Positions 36,813 through 50,526 of a DNA stretch of 64,000 bases are shown here, piece by piece. Location of the stretch: the NCBI RefSeq assembly GCF_001194135.2, contig NC_068987.1:193183-257182 (forward strand), in the 5' to 3' direction. Positions within the stretch are counted from its first letter, which is position 1; each line of letters begins with the position of its first letter. The notes under the pieces were generated by a model, which worked only from the letters and a program-made list of their open reading frames with translations, was not told where the DNA came from and ran no database searches. Made by a program: the position numbers and the translations under genes. This DNA comes from Octopus bimaculoides (Eukaryota).

Positions 36813-37457
36813 GGTTCGATTCTTTTTCTTTATTCCATGAAAATCTGTCAAATGTTATTTAGGAATCCTAAGAGTTTCACTTGTTTAGGGTTTAAGATGT
36901 GGGTTTTTACATAGTTACCCTGCAATTCACTCTCAATCCATCAGGCTTATGAAGTCTAATTTACATCTGGTGTGTGTATATGTGCAGACACACAATCACC
37001 ATCATCATCATCATGATGTAACGTCTGTACTCGATGCCAGTCTGGGTTGGGACAGTTTGACAGGAGTGGCAAGGCTGGAGAGCTGCACCCTTCTGTTGTC
37101 TCTTTTGACATGGTTTCTATGGCTGGATGCCCTTCCTAATATGCCAACCACTTCACAGTGTGTGCAATGGGTGCTTTTGTGCAGCACTGACTTGCTGATG
37201 TGGGTTCTTTTTACTTGGCCCCCATCCCCCACGAGCCTGCAAGGTCAGGGACACTCAGCTGACGAGGGATGCAAGCAGCACAGCCATGAATTTCATTTAG
37301 TTTGATGAGGTCTTCTCAAGCACAGCAAACTGCCACAAGTCTCACTGCCTTCTCATCCTCTCTGCGAGAGGCCCAACTGATGAAGATCCTTTCTCACCAC
37401 TTCATCCCATGCCTTCCTGGGTTTACCTCTTCCACAAGTTCTCTCCACATCTCTCTG

Positions 37458-37506
<49 letters not shown>

Positions 37507-39023
37507 NNNNNNNNNNNNNNNNNNNNNNNNNNNNNNNNNNNNNNNNNNNNNNNNNNNNNNNNNNNNNNNNNNNNNNNNNNNNNNNNNNNNNNNNNNNNNN
37601 NNNNNNNNNNNNNNNNNNNNNNNNNNNNNNNNNNNNNNNNNNNNNNNNNNNNNNNNNNNNNNNNNCCGAAAACCTTCCATATCTTGCCTCGATTCAGTGT
37701 GTAGTATATATATATATGTATATATATAAAACCTATGCCAAAGAAAATGGGCATTAAATGATGATATACATTTGTATGCACATATATACATGTATATATA
37801 TATAAATTGTAAATCCAAAAAATAACAACAAAACTACAAAGGATTCCGCGGTACACGTGTTTCAAGCTTTACATGTGTATAATATAATATGTGTATAATT
37901 TACAATGTAAAGCTATCCTCAGCCGCAAAATTATTCCTCTCCCAGGAAATTATACCACCTTGGCGTTGAAGTAGGAAGAAAGGTGTGATGTAAGAGGTGA
38001 AGATCCTTTCGGTATTCTGTATAGTACTATATCTGGTATAATTCTCCACCCGGACATAATCTCTCCGGTCCTCCGAAAACCTTCCATATCTTGCCTCGAT
38101 TCAGTGTGTAGTATATATATATATGTATATATATATATGTATGTGTATATATATATATATGCATGTGTATGTGTCTATGTATGTATGTATATATATATGT
38201 AAACACGTCTATATATATGTGTCTGTGTGTGTCATCATCATCATTGTTGTTTAACATCTACTTTCCATGCTGGCATGGGTTGGATGGTTTGACTGGCAAG
38301 GTTTCTACATCTGGATGCCCTTCCTAATGCCAACCACTCTGAGAGTGTAGTGGGTGCTTTTACATGCCACCGGCACGAGGGCCAGTCAGGTGGTACTGGC
38401 ATTGACCATGCTCGAGTGGTGCTTTTTACATGCCACTGGCACGGGAACCAGTCAAGCAGCATTGATAATGGTCACTTGTCATCACCTCTGTGAGGCCCAG
38501 CGTTCAAAGATCGTGCTTCACCACCTCAGCCCAGGTCTTGCTGGGTCTACCTCTTCCACAGGCTCCCTCTACTGCTAGGGTGTGACACTTTTTCACACAC
38601 CTGTCCTCATCCATATGCAACACATGACCATACCAGAATATGCCAACTCTGAGGGTGTGGAAGGTGTGGGCCTGTGAGACGTACATACATCATCATTGTT
38701 TGTATGTAGATATATGTATGTATATATATATATATATATATATATNNNNNNNNNNNNNNNNNNNNNNNNNNNNNNNNNNNNNNNNNNNNNNNNNNNNNNN
38801 NNNNNNNNNNNNNNNNNNNNNNNNNNNNNNNNNNNNNNNNNNNNNNNNNNNNNNNNNNNNNNNNNNNNNNNNNNNNNNNNNNNNNNNNNNNNNNNNNNNN
38901 NNNNNNNNNNNNNNNNNNNNNNNNNNNNNNNNNNNNNNNNNNNNNNNNNNNNCACACACCCCCAGAACCACGCTAATAGCTTAGGAGGGAAATTTAGAAT
39001 TTCTCGTTTTATTGTGAATCGAT

Positions 39024-40328
39024 TTTGATAAAACTTTTCCCAGCTGGTTTTGCACCCCATGGCAACACCGTTCTTATGTTTTCATTATTCTGTGTAGCGT
39101 CCTTTCTTTTTTATTTCAGATTCTTCAGTTTTTGGGTGAACCACGTGAATAGCTTTCGAATGAAATTAGCCCATCTAGACATTTTTTTAAAGAAAATGAA
39201 GAGTAATGATAAATATATAGCAGACATTAAGTGTATATTTAACAGAGAACCATAATATCATAACATTTATTGACATAATGAATTATTTAGCCACATGAGC
39301 GCCATTTCAATGGATAATTTCAAAAACCCTATCAGTCATGGAATCTGTCAATTTCTTAATAGTGGCAGGTTGGTCTGCCTCTGCTGCAGCTTTGATGGCC
39401 GCCCATAAGACATCTTTCAACATAAGTTGGCGTCCATCGGCAGAAACATCTTGTTTAATGATGGACCAAAGATTTTTGATAGGGTTGAGATCTGGAGACA
39501 CTGGCAGCAACATCATCAACCTCTCATCTTGTGTGCCATAAGACCCTTGTAATGTTTGGGTGGTCCTAGCAGAGTGGCAGAGAGTGCAGTCATGCATGAA
39601 TATGAGATTGCCATCAGTATGTCATCTAGGCAGGGAGATTGCAGAAGGTGGCTGCAGTCACTCTAACCACTTCAGGCACCTTGACTAAGCCAACAAGTCT
39701 GTCCCCAATGATACCAGCCCACAACATGACTCTTCCACCCTTGTTGTAAGCATTGGTGACTCTCATCTCCAAAATAGACCCAACTGTCAGGTCCATCAAG
39801 GGTCACCCTGGTTTCATCAGTGAACAGAAGACAACAACTGTCATGTAGGGCCCATTGAAGCCTCCTGTGACAAGGCAGTTTCAGGGGTCCTCGCATTGTC
39901 CCAAGGATGCAATTTCTGGAGGTGGGGAAAATGGCTTTGCTTGTTTGTCCAGGTTTCCCTCGTAACTTGCAGCCAATGTTCTTTAAATCCTTAGCTGTCA
40001 GTCTTGGAGTCACCACAACCGGATCGTTTCGTCTTTGGCGAATGGTCCTTCAGGAATTGTCTAACTTTGTCCACTTGATGACCTAACATCTCTGCAATGA
40101 CATGAAGAGAGGTGCCTTTAGCACTTTCATTGATGATGACAGACTTTTCTTCATTGTTAAGGGCCTTTTCCATGTCACATTGTTCTTAGAGTGGAGAGAC
40201 GCTATTAGCATGGTTCACCCAAAACTGAAGAATCTGAAATAAAGAATAAAGGACGCTACACAGAATAATGAAAACTTAACAATGGTGTTGCCATGGGGTG
40301 CAAAACAGCTGGGAAAAGTTTTATCAAA
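39024..40328 (-). mobile_element. Decayed Tc1-like (DD34E-type) transposon with ~118-bp inverted repeats
   Basis: 39024-39143 is inverted relative to 40211-40328. Fragments include an HTH-like MEKALNNEEKSVII, LLFTDETRVTLDGPD and SPDLNPIKNLWSIIK. Confidence 0.85.
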
Positions 40329-43300
40329 CCCTGGATATTTAGAAAACTGGTTTCTAATCAACCAGTGGTATGTTGTAATACTGTTACATATTCTCTGTAT
40401 TTGATTTTCCAATTTGTGTCATTAGTTAAATGCCATAAAAGTTATCGAATTAGCTTCTAATTAACATGTCATTAAGTACCTGTAAGCAACATAGTTATCT
40501 TTAGGTTTATTGATGTAAACTGAACCTCAATGTTTTAGCTTATCTACGGTTTTTGTGTGCTTTATCTTATTAACTGTAATATTACAAACAGTTGCATTTA
40601 GGGCACCAATGATGTGCTGGAGATTTCTGATGTATTTGTGTTTATGTTTACCCCTGGCATTCATCACCTGTATGACCAGGCGTGACATAAGATAAGTATC
40701 AATTTATTGAGAAAACTTGTGAAGCTTACACCTGGTTGCTTAATAGAGAAGTCTCTCTTGAAATGTTCATATTTAGATGTACACTTTTCTTTTTTATGGG
40801 AAAATTTTGTTGAATTATGATCCAAACAACAGGTTGATCGTGACATTAATGAAACAAAAATTAATTATTTATGAAATGTTTGGTCATGGCTTTGTAGGTA
40901 AGAAGTTTGCTTTGCTACCAGTTCAAACTCATTGGGTGGTACCTTAGCCTAATGCCCATTGTGAGTGATTTTGGTTGATAGAGGACACTGTAGAAACCTG
41001 TCACACATGCGCGCGTGCACACGCAAAACATTTCTTCCCACAGACTTTGAGTTGACCACAGAAATTTAGAAGGAAACTGGAATCTGTTGAGAGACCATTC
41101 ATAGCAAAGTTGAACCTTCTCAGAGTTTATAATACCACTACCTGGATGTTAGGGGCCACCCCATTGTGAGTGTTGGTCTTTGCCTTCAATTTGAAAGCAA
41201 GGATTAACTTCAAAGTTGATATTAATCAGCTCCATAACCGTTTCAACATCCACCTATGTAATGTTAGTATTTCAGAGTTAAGGTGAAGTTGTGTTGCCTG
41301 GTGCACAGGCAATCGTTAGATCCTTGTTATAATTCTTGTTCTGAATTGTGTGTTGTGTTCTGGAGTAAAATGCTTCCTTTCTTGTTGCCGCTGTCCACTG
41401 AGCTGTAAATGTGTAACCCCTGTGATAGAATGATGTCCTGTTCAGGTGTGGTGGTATTGTGATCTCATTCACTGGGACGCCCTGCTGACCAACATTATGA
41501 ATGTTGAAATTCGTGACACACTCAAGTAATACAACTTGAAAAGCAAAGTCTCTCATTAAAATCATTAAGAAAGAATTAATTATACTTTTGAATTATTATT
41601 TAATGCTTGTCTTTTATGTTGGTGTGGCATGGATGGCTTGACAAGATCAAATGAGCCACTGACCAACCTGAAACTCTGATGGTCTGCTTTGGTTTGCTTT
41701 CTAGAACTGGACGCCTTTCCTAATGCCAATCACTTTACACCGTGTACTGAATGTTTTTTACTTAGCACTGGCACTAAGAAGATCACCACCAAGAAACCTG
41801 CATGAAAAGATCCCTCTAATGAGATGAGGGGCAGGGTTCTAGGTGTTGAGAGGTTAATCTGTGACGGCAGGGCAAGAACAGGCGTCTTGTGGAGTAGACA
41901 CACGGCTATCCTAGTTGTAAACAAAAGAAAAGAGAGAGATGAAGTGTCAGGGCATACTCTCTCACTACAAGAAAATGGATAAAGGGTGAATTGGGGATGC
42001 CTGGGTGGATTGGTTTGAAAGGAGAGTGACTAACAAACAGACCTGGTGAATCTCAGTTGTCGGGGCCGAAGGAGAAATGAATTGAAAAGGTGGAGGAGGA
42101 GGAGGAGGAGGCAGAGAGACAGTTTGATAAGACTTTACTCTTGAAGAAGGGAGTGAGTTGTAGGACATTGGATAGAATCTCTTATAAGTCCTCTCACTCT
42201 GCTTTAAGTTCAAACTCTGCCAAAGTCAACTTCCATTTTCTTCTTGTTTTGGGTTTGATAGGATAAGGTACCAATGATGTACTGGGATTGATGTAATTGA
42301 CTTACTTTCCCCTCAAAATTGCTGGCCTTGTGCCAAATGTTGAAACCATTAAAGGCTGCAGAATCATAGAAGAGGTTTGATGAAGATGCTTTGTGATATT
42401 TCTTGTGGCTGTTTCGATTCTCAGTTAAAATTCTGTTTGGATCAACTTTGTCTTTCAACATTTCAAGGTTGATAAAAAAATCAAATAGCAGTTGAGCATT
42501 GAAGTGGATGTAATGGACTTTGCTCTCCTCCTAAAATTGCTGGCTTTGTGTCAGAATTAGAAAGAATCGATAGGAGGCAGACAAAATGTTTAGCAATTCT
42601 TGCAGGCAAATGCTCCAAGTTTAAATTCTGTTGAGGAAGTCTTTACCTTTCATCCTTTTGGAGTTCAATAAAATAAGTACCGGTCGAGCACTTGGGTTGA
42701 TGCAATTGGTTAGTCCCCCTCCCCTCAAAATTTCTGGCCTTGTGTTTATAGTAGACCGGATTATTAGAGAAGAGTAGTCAGTGGTTGGATTCTTTTGTAG
42801 GATGATAGTAACTGGTGAGAGGAGGTTATCTGTTGACCAGTGACCAGGTAGTGGTGGCAAATGGAGCAGACCGAACCTGTTGCTTGGGTCTTGGCTCAGC
42901 TCTCCATCTTTCTTCTATAAATGTTGCTGGTTCTGCAAATGGTTATGGACACTGCTTTCTCTCCTGATTATAAGAAAGGAGCTGCAATGGCCCTTGTGAC
43001 ACACACTCCTTCCACAAAGGTTTCACCACTTTCCTACAACCAGATTTCAGGAGTCTTTGTGAATTTTGTTTCCTAACTATGTAGTCTTAGGTTTAGTCTC
43101 ACTGTGTGGCAGCTTGAGCAAGTTTCTTCTACCTTAACCTAAGGCTATAACCGAAAGCATTTGCCAAAGGTGCTATGCAGTGGGACTTAACTCAGAACCA
43201 TGTGGCTGAGAAGCAAACTTACCACACAACCATGGCTACATCACCATTATCATCGTTTAGTGTCCGTTTTCCATGCTGACATGTTTTAGACAGTCGGACT

Positions 43301-45143
43301 GGAAACTAGGCTCCAGTCTGATTTTGGCTTGGTTTCTACAGCTGAATGCCCTTCCTAACACCAGAGACGCCAAGGGTGTAAGCGGATGTCTTTTATGTGC
43401 CACCATCATGGGTGCATTTTACATGTCATTGGCACTGGCCATGAGTCTTGTTCTCAAGCACAGCAAACTGCCAAAGGTCTCTCCGATCATTTGTCATTGC
43501 CTCGGTGAGACCCAACATCCAAAGATCATAGCTTCACCACCTCATCCTATGTCTTCCTGGGTCTACCTCTTCCGTGTGTGTGGTGCTTTGTGTATCCTTC
43601 ACATTAAATGACTTTGTAAACGAGTGTCACCATTGTACAAACGAGGTTGTTTCCAGTCTTCCATGGGAAACATGTCTGGTCTTGAGTAAATATTACCTTG
43701 CACAGAAATAAGGGGAGAATGGCTACAGGAAGCCCACCTGGCCAGAGAAAACTTGGCATCAATAAATTTCTTGTGATCAATGCAAACATGGAAAAGTAGA
43801 GATTCAACAACAACAACGACGGTGGGGGGGGGGGAAGTCAATTACATCGACTGGTACTTATTTCATTGACCCTGGAAGGTAAAGTCAACCTTGGGTGAAT
43901 TTGAACTCAGGATGTTAAGCATTTCGCTTGTGCTAATGATTCTGCTAGTTCACTGCCTTATAATAATAATAATAATAATAATAATGATCCTTTCTACTAA
44001 AGGCACAAGGCCTGAAACTTTGGTGGGAGGGGAGGGCAAGGCGATTACACGGATACCTAATTTATTGACCCCGAAAGGATGAAAGGCAAAGTCCAGCAGA
44101 ATTTGAACTCAGAACGTAAAGACAGACGAATTTTGCCGCCTTATAATAATAAAAATAATAATCCTTTCTACTGGCCTCAAATTTGGGGGAAGGGATTAAG
44201 TCGATTACATTGACCTCAATGCATAACTGGTACTTAATATATCGACCCCGAAAGGATGAAAGGCAAAGTCGAACCCGGTGGAATTTGAACTCGGAACGTA
44301 GCGGCAGACGAAATATCGCTAAGCATTTCGCCCGGCGTGCTAACGATTCTCTCAGCTCACCGCCTTATAATGATGATGATGATGATAAAGCTATACCAGC
44401 AGACACTGAAGCTGCCTAGTTGCAGTATTGAACCTGAGATCACCTTAGTGGAAATCAAATTTGTTTAAGCTGCAGTCCATGCCCTTTGCTTTTCATTAAA
44501 AGATAAAGTAGTAGCGATATGCTGAGGTCTATGTTATTAATAAGAGGAGTTGGGGCATAGTTTGCTCGTTGCGAGGAAAAGAAGTCGTTATAATTGCTGT
44601 AAAAAAATGATGAGGAAACCAGCAGATCTGTGAACCAGTGGTTGGTGTTATATACGAATTGCTGTAGCTCTTTTTTTTTTTTTCAATTTAGTCTGGGTTG
44701 TGTATGTGTGGGTAACGGCGCCATCGTTTATATGTAAAATGCCCGTCAAGCTCACAGGCTGCAGCCTTGGAAGCATTCCGTTAGAGCACTTCTGTCGAAC
44801 TGAATGCTTCCCATTCATTTACAGAGAACAGCCCCCGCCATCTAGCGACAAATGGGAGGTAACTTAATGTAAACAATGCGTGAGTAAGTGTTGCCATGTG
44901 AACAAGAGGAGATAAGTGGAGGCGAAAAGTGAGTTGTGAGAGGTGGTTGGTGAGGTGAGGGGCAGGGAGGGCCACGAATCTCTCACATTCAGAAACAGTT
45001 TGCGTGTCCGATAACAACAAAAGTTGTGAGAGGCCTCTGCCGTCTCCGTCGCTCTACTTTGTCGATTTTGTAAACTTTTAAACTCTTCTCCCCCCCCCCC
45101 CAACTCATGTTAAACCTTGTTTGCCAACAAATTAATTGCAAAA

Positions 45144-46163
45144 ATGACGAACTTACCAACAAACTTACGAACTTCCAAACATGTCTTTTACATAGTTTTG
45201 TTCATTATAGCTATTTATTTTCTCGTTATGGATATTATTCTCTACGTTACACTACAGAACAATGTACTCTGCGAAAAGAATGACGGCATGTACTCTCCCT
45301 TCCGTCCTCTAACTGTGAAACTTCTGATGACCGACCCCTTCGACCACTGGATTACGAGTCCACTCATGGAATACTTTGATGAACTCACCGGATTCAGCGA
45401 TATTTTTTATTTCATTACTCCAAACATGATCAGTATTTTCCACATGTGCCTCACTATATTGGCTGGTAAACTGGTCAGTTCACCTTCCTTACACACCCGC
45501 CGGATTGCTGTGTTAGTCTTTCAGATGCACGGTCTGTTGGACACGCTTGATGGAATAGTTTACCGTGCACGAACAGGTAAAGGGCATTTATTTCAATCGC
45601 ATCGCTCTACTGTGGGTTACGTTATCGACGGTGCGTGTGATACTATTGGTGGAACGGCGCTCTGTATAGGACTGGCTGTTAATTTGTGTCGTAATCCTCC
45701 GTCTAAAAGACAGCAAAATACCTTACCTTGGACAAAAACTGACCTGCTGATGGACAGTCCAAACGGGGCTGCTACAACTACTGAAAAACAAAATGGACAT
45801 GTGAGCAAATTCACGGCTTTTTTTCGTTGCTTTTCATTTGGTATGCAATTACTTCTGGCGGCTGCCATGTGGGACAAAAGTGTAGCCAGACTCTCAGCTA
45901 TCCTTCAAGTCCCCATAAAAGATTCCTCTCTAGCTGCTCTTCAGGTAGAATCGTTACACTCTGCCAGTACATCTATTATATTTCTGTTGTGGCGATATTC
46001 TTCAGCCATAGCTTTACTTCAGATGGTTTTGTTTGCTATTTTTATAGATAAAGTCTGGGAATTCCTGACATTCATCCTTTACATCGGCTGGCCCGTCTTG
46101 ATTGCTGTGATTTTCGTTACTGAACTCCACATAAGAGCTTTACGAGAGAAAATGCACATGTAA
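45144..46163 (+). CDS. Intronless CDP-alcohol phosphotransferase, ceramide phosphoethanolamine synthase (CPES)-like, 339 aa
   Basis: First ATG at 45144 (aaaATGa). It has an N-terminal TM helix, KLLMTDPFDHWI, ITPNMIS, the CDP-AP motif DTLDGIVYRAR...GYVIDGACD and several C-terminal TM segments, the architecture of Drosophila Cpes. Confidence 0.85.
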   Translation: MTNLPTNLRTSKHVFYIVLFIIAIYFLVMDIILYVTLQNNVLCEKNDGMYSPFRPLTVKLLMTDPFDHWITSPLMEYFDELTGFSDIFYFITPNMISIFHMCLTILAGKLVSSPSLHTRRIAVLVFQMHGLLDTLDGIVYRARTGKGHLFQSHRSTVGYVIDGACDTIGGTALCIGLAVNLCRNPPSKRQQNTLPWTKTDLLMDSPNGAATTTEKQNGHVSKFTAFFRCFSFGMQLLLAAAMWDKSVARLSAILQVPIKDSSLAALQVESLHSASTSIIFLLWRYSSAIALLQMVLFAIFIDKVWEFLTFILYIGWPVLIAVIFVTELHIRALREKMHM

Positions 46164-46869
46164 ATACACACACATATACACACACGAACTTTGTCTAACC
46201 CCGTGGACGGAGCATAAAAGTTTATTTAAGATATTACGGAAATATTTAAACTAGAAAAAACTATTTAACCACCACAACAAAGGAAATAAAGTTCATACTG
46301 GAATTTACAATCTGACAAATCACCAAAAGCATAAAATTAACTGAGAAATCTGTAAAAAAAGAACAAGACCCCTAAAAAGTGGTGATCGAACTTTTGAAGT
46401 TAAATTTGGTTTCTCATGAATTTCCCTGAGGCCAAACAACTTTTCTGTGTCAACAACCTAAAGAACAACACAATATGTTTTCTTTTCTATATTTGTACTA
46501 TAATAGGCACATCTAAGATAAATTCTGAAGTTCAGTTGGAAACCACGTGATTCCATAATCGATCTCTTGGTCAAAGGTCTTCTACGATTGCTTCAGGCTG
46601 ACCTACAACTTCTGAGGGTAGAATTGGGATACGGAAACTGTGCAGATGCCCGTCACTCTTGCGCGCGCGCGCACACACAAACACACACACACACACACAT
46701 ATATATCTGTGTGCCTATATTTACAACGGTTTAAGAACATTTGGTATTCATGTTATGTCCCAGAACTAACGGTTCGACAAACGGAGATCAATATGCTCTA
46801 TACCAAATTGATGTTATTGCATATGTGTAAACCTGCAAAGGTGGTACCCCAGCATGGTCGCAGTCCAGT

Positions 46870-46906
<37 letters not shown>

Positions 46907-47011
46907 CTTTTATAAGTAATATTCTAAAAGAATATATAACTGAACTTATGTTGAGTGCTCAATTATTTTGAGCAAATAAATGTGTATATATGTATCATCA
47001 TCATCATCATC

Positions 47012-47662
47012 AATAAACTCATCAATAATATACTCAGGAAATCAATATCTAATATTTTGAAAGACATACATCCAACATGACACGTCAACATAATAAATTT
47101 AAAATTTAAAATATAAATATCAATATATATAAAAATCTGAATATAGATAAATATATGTGTGAATATATATGCGTATAAAAATTTATGCGTAATTAAGCAT
47201 GAATATTGTAAAGTCTAAAATATAAAATATAAAGAAACCTAAAATTTAAAGAGTTAAATATCTTACGATCGTTTCACGGATATTACTATAATCACAAAGT
47301 CATCCAAAGATCATCTTATTATCAGTAATTCTGCTCTTCAGAGATGCATTAAGAACCAATAGTACATATATATAATATTAAAACATTAGAAATATTAAAA
47401 AATTAAAAATAATAATAAAATATATACTGTCCTTTCTATAAATTGTCAAATTAATCCTTCTGAAATATGTAAAGTTCATTCCTTTCATCCTTTGTTGAAA
47501 TTTTAAGAGTTAAACACTTATTTGTATAAGAATTGGTATATATTTTTCTAAATGTATAGAAGACCTCGGCAAAACTCATTCCGAATAGAGATTACGAACA
47601 CGTCTAATGTCTTTCAAAATATTAAATATTGATTTCCTGAGTATATTATTGATGAGTTTATT
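47012..47662. mobile_element. AT-rich foldback/MITE-like element with 56-bp terminal inverted repeats
   Basis: 47012-47067 is the reverse complement of 47607-47662 with one mismatch. Confidence 0.75.
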
Positions 47663-47699
47663 AATTTATTAATAATATAAAAACACATATATACACACA

Positions 47700-47759
<60 letters not shown>

Positions 47760-47891
47760 AAGAGAGAGAGAGAGAGAGAGAGATGGTATTCCGTGGTACA
47801 TTTAGAGTTTGTTGAAAAACATGATTTTTAACTCATTTCGATGTCAGGGTTTGTTGCTAACGATTGCTTATCCCCAGCAAGGAACAGACTG

Positions 47892-47936
<45 letters not shown>

Positions 47937-49984
47937 ATGCATGAATATTTCAGTCACTGGACTGAATATATATATATATATACATACACACACACATACA
48001 CAGAGGTGTACGCGTGTGTGTAACTTAAATGCCTTAAAAAAAAACCACGTTATGTTGTCAGTTTTATTGTTGCTATCTACGACAACAATGACAAGGTGGA
48101 ATGTTTTGCGGTAAGTGAAGTTATCTTTCAAATTGTTTCGTTTACCTCTTGTTTGGTCGCGTCTATCAACGACTTGCACCTGGCCGCGCCAGGTTAGACT
48201 TTTTTCACCTGAGTCATATTTGTTGTGCAGATTGCTCGCCTCTAAATCTGTCCAGTAGAAGAAACTGCGCAACAATTACATTTTTTTCTTAAACGGAAGG
48301 AGATGCTGGGCCCGTGGTCTCTTCACTCACAGGCCCTTCAAAACCGGTGAGGTAATTGCCGTTGTGTATAATAAATATGTTGAATGATGGTGAGTTTGAA
48401 AATTTAATTCTATCAAACGAAACTACGAATGAATGACAGAAAAATAAAAAGTATAAAAAAATAACAGTAAAGAAAATCCTGCGGAAAAGTTTATTTTTGT
48501 ATAAACGACCAACTTTGAACAACTCAACGTTTTGTACCTGTTTTAATCTGAATAAAATGAAAACCCGACACCTCACGTTTTTTCCTTCCAAATTCCGACA
48601 CCAAGACATTTCCTTCAACTTTTTGTGTTGTTTAAGCCTCCGATCGACTCTGATCTGCCAACAGACTTGTGTGTGTGTGTGGGGGGGCGTAATCACACAC
48701 GTACAGACGCGTGTGCGCTTAACGCAAACCTTTTCTGGTAAATATTTTAAGCTGTGTCATTAGTCAATATGATTAATGTAGAACAGATTTAAATAACCCA
48801 GAGAAAAATCACTCACCACAAACACATGTGGACAGCATACCTAACTGGCGACAGCAATACACACACACACACACACACACACACACGCGCACACATTTGA
48901 AAAAGTTTCAGGTTTTTGTTTAATTTTTTTTTTTTGATTTACTGAAAGTCAATCTCGAACCAATTCTGATCAAATAAAACTATGATCATCATATATATGC
49001 ATTCCAAGCGTGGCCATCGCATATTTTGGAATGCAGTGGTAAGTTCATGGTTTTAACAAGCTGGAGCAGTACTTCTGCCGCGATACCCTCCACGAGTTTT
49101 AAAAGTAATTTGTAAAACGTGTCGTTCATTATTTAATTGTATCCCAACAATAATTAATAAACAATAATTTTGTAAATCTTTTTCTTTTGTTTTAACTCTC
49201 CATGTATTTTTGTTCATCATTTTTCCCGACCACTACGCAATTAGATACGTTGCCATTTGAGGCTTATTGTACTGCTATTTCTAGCAGGTGAATCCTTTAT
49301 CTGAATTATTTTGCCTTGCTGTGAAATTATAAACACTTTGTAAACTATATGACATGTCTAAACATTCCAACTGTGACTCTCCCAATTTTTATTCGCAATA
49401 TATAAAATAATGAAGTCGTAGAAATACTGTCCATTGTATTTTTTTTTAAATAATGTTTTGTTATGTGAGTGAGATATCGCTGTTGTTTCTAGCCAGTCAA
49501 TCGACTGCTTCCTCTGTCAGATGATGTTAATGGTAATAATCTTCTACGTGTTTTATTTCGTTTAATTTCAATTACGCGATTTAAAAAGTTTCTTTTTCAC
49601 CATCCCCCCCTCTTTATCTTTCCTTTACTCTCACCGCCACCATTACTACTCCTCTCACTCACGCTCCTACACTCACGCTCCTACACTCATTCCTTCACTC
49701 CCATTTTCACGTTTAATAATAGAAATAAATTTGGTATTTGGTTGACATTCCTCAACACACTGTGTGTGTGTGTGCAGCAGGTCGTTGTTGTTGGTGGTGG
49801 TGGTGGCTAGAGGAGGTCGACGGTGACATGGGTATGTAACGGTTGTGGTAGTGGTGGAAACAGGGATACAGGAGTTACGGTTGTGTTGGCCGTGGTGCTG
49901 GGTCATTGCCAGTGAAGTAACGTGCAAGTGGTTAACCTGTTAGACATAACAACTAAATCTTAAGAAATATTGGATCTATTTTGA

Positions 49985-50526
49985 AACGGGGGCCACATTT
50001 TTCATTAATGTTTTACGTAGTGTTTTTGGTACCGAAAGACTTTCAAACTTCGTATACTTATCTATTTTGTGTTATAGAACAGAAAAATATTTTTGTATTC
50101 GAATTTATTTCATGTAAAAAATTGTCTTATTTCGATAATTTCAACCAATCACTGACAAGTATTCAGTTGTTTATATTTACTCCTTTCGCTGATTAAGCGA
50201 TGTAAAGCGTATTTAATCTCCATACCTTTGTTTTATTTGCTTTTTTCATTTTAAATTTGCTTTAACCCTAACCCTAACCCTAAGGTTAGGGTTAGGGTTA
50301 ATTGTTTCAGAATCGTTTGTTTATGTAGTCGGCACTTAATGTATATCGGCTGAATGGACGTCAGTGATTGGTTGAAATTACAGAAATACGACAACTTTAA
50401 CATGGAATAACTTATGGATTTCTTTTTTTTTAAAGAAGACTAAGAGAAAAAGATGTTTTATATGACACATTCTACCAGTGTTCCAAGTTTCAAAGTGTTT
50501 CGTTAATGAAAAATGTGGCCCCCGTT
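49985..50526. mobile_element. Non-autonomous TIR element, Kolobok-like ends, with central head-to-head telomeric repeats
   Basis: TIR AACGGGGGCCACATTTTTCATTAA; flanks TTGA (49981-84) and TTAA (50527-30); (CCCTAA)3 followed by (TTAGGG)-type repeats at about 50264-50300. Confidence 0.7.

Noticed and set aside
37666-38135. Duplicated ccgaaaaccttccatatcttgcctcgattcagtgtgtag block
   Set aside because: The first copy starts exactly at a gap edge next to microsatellites, so it is probably an assembly artefact.
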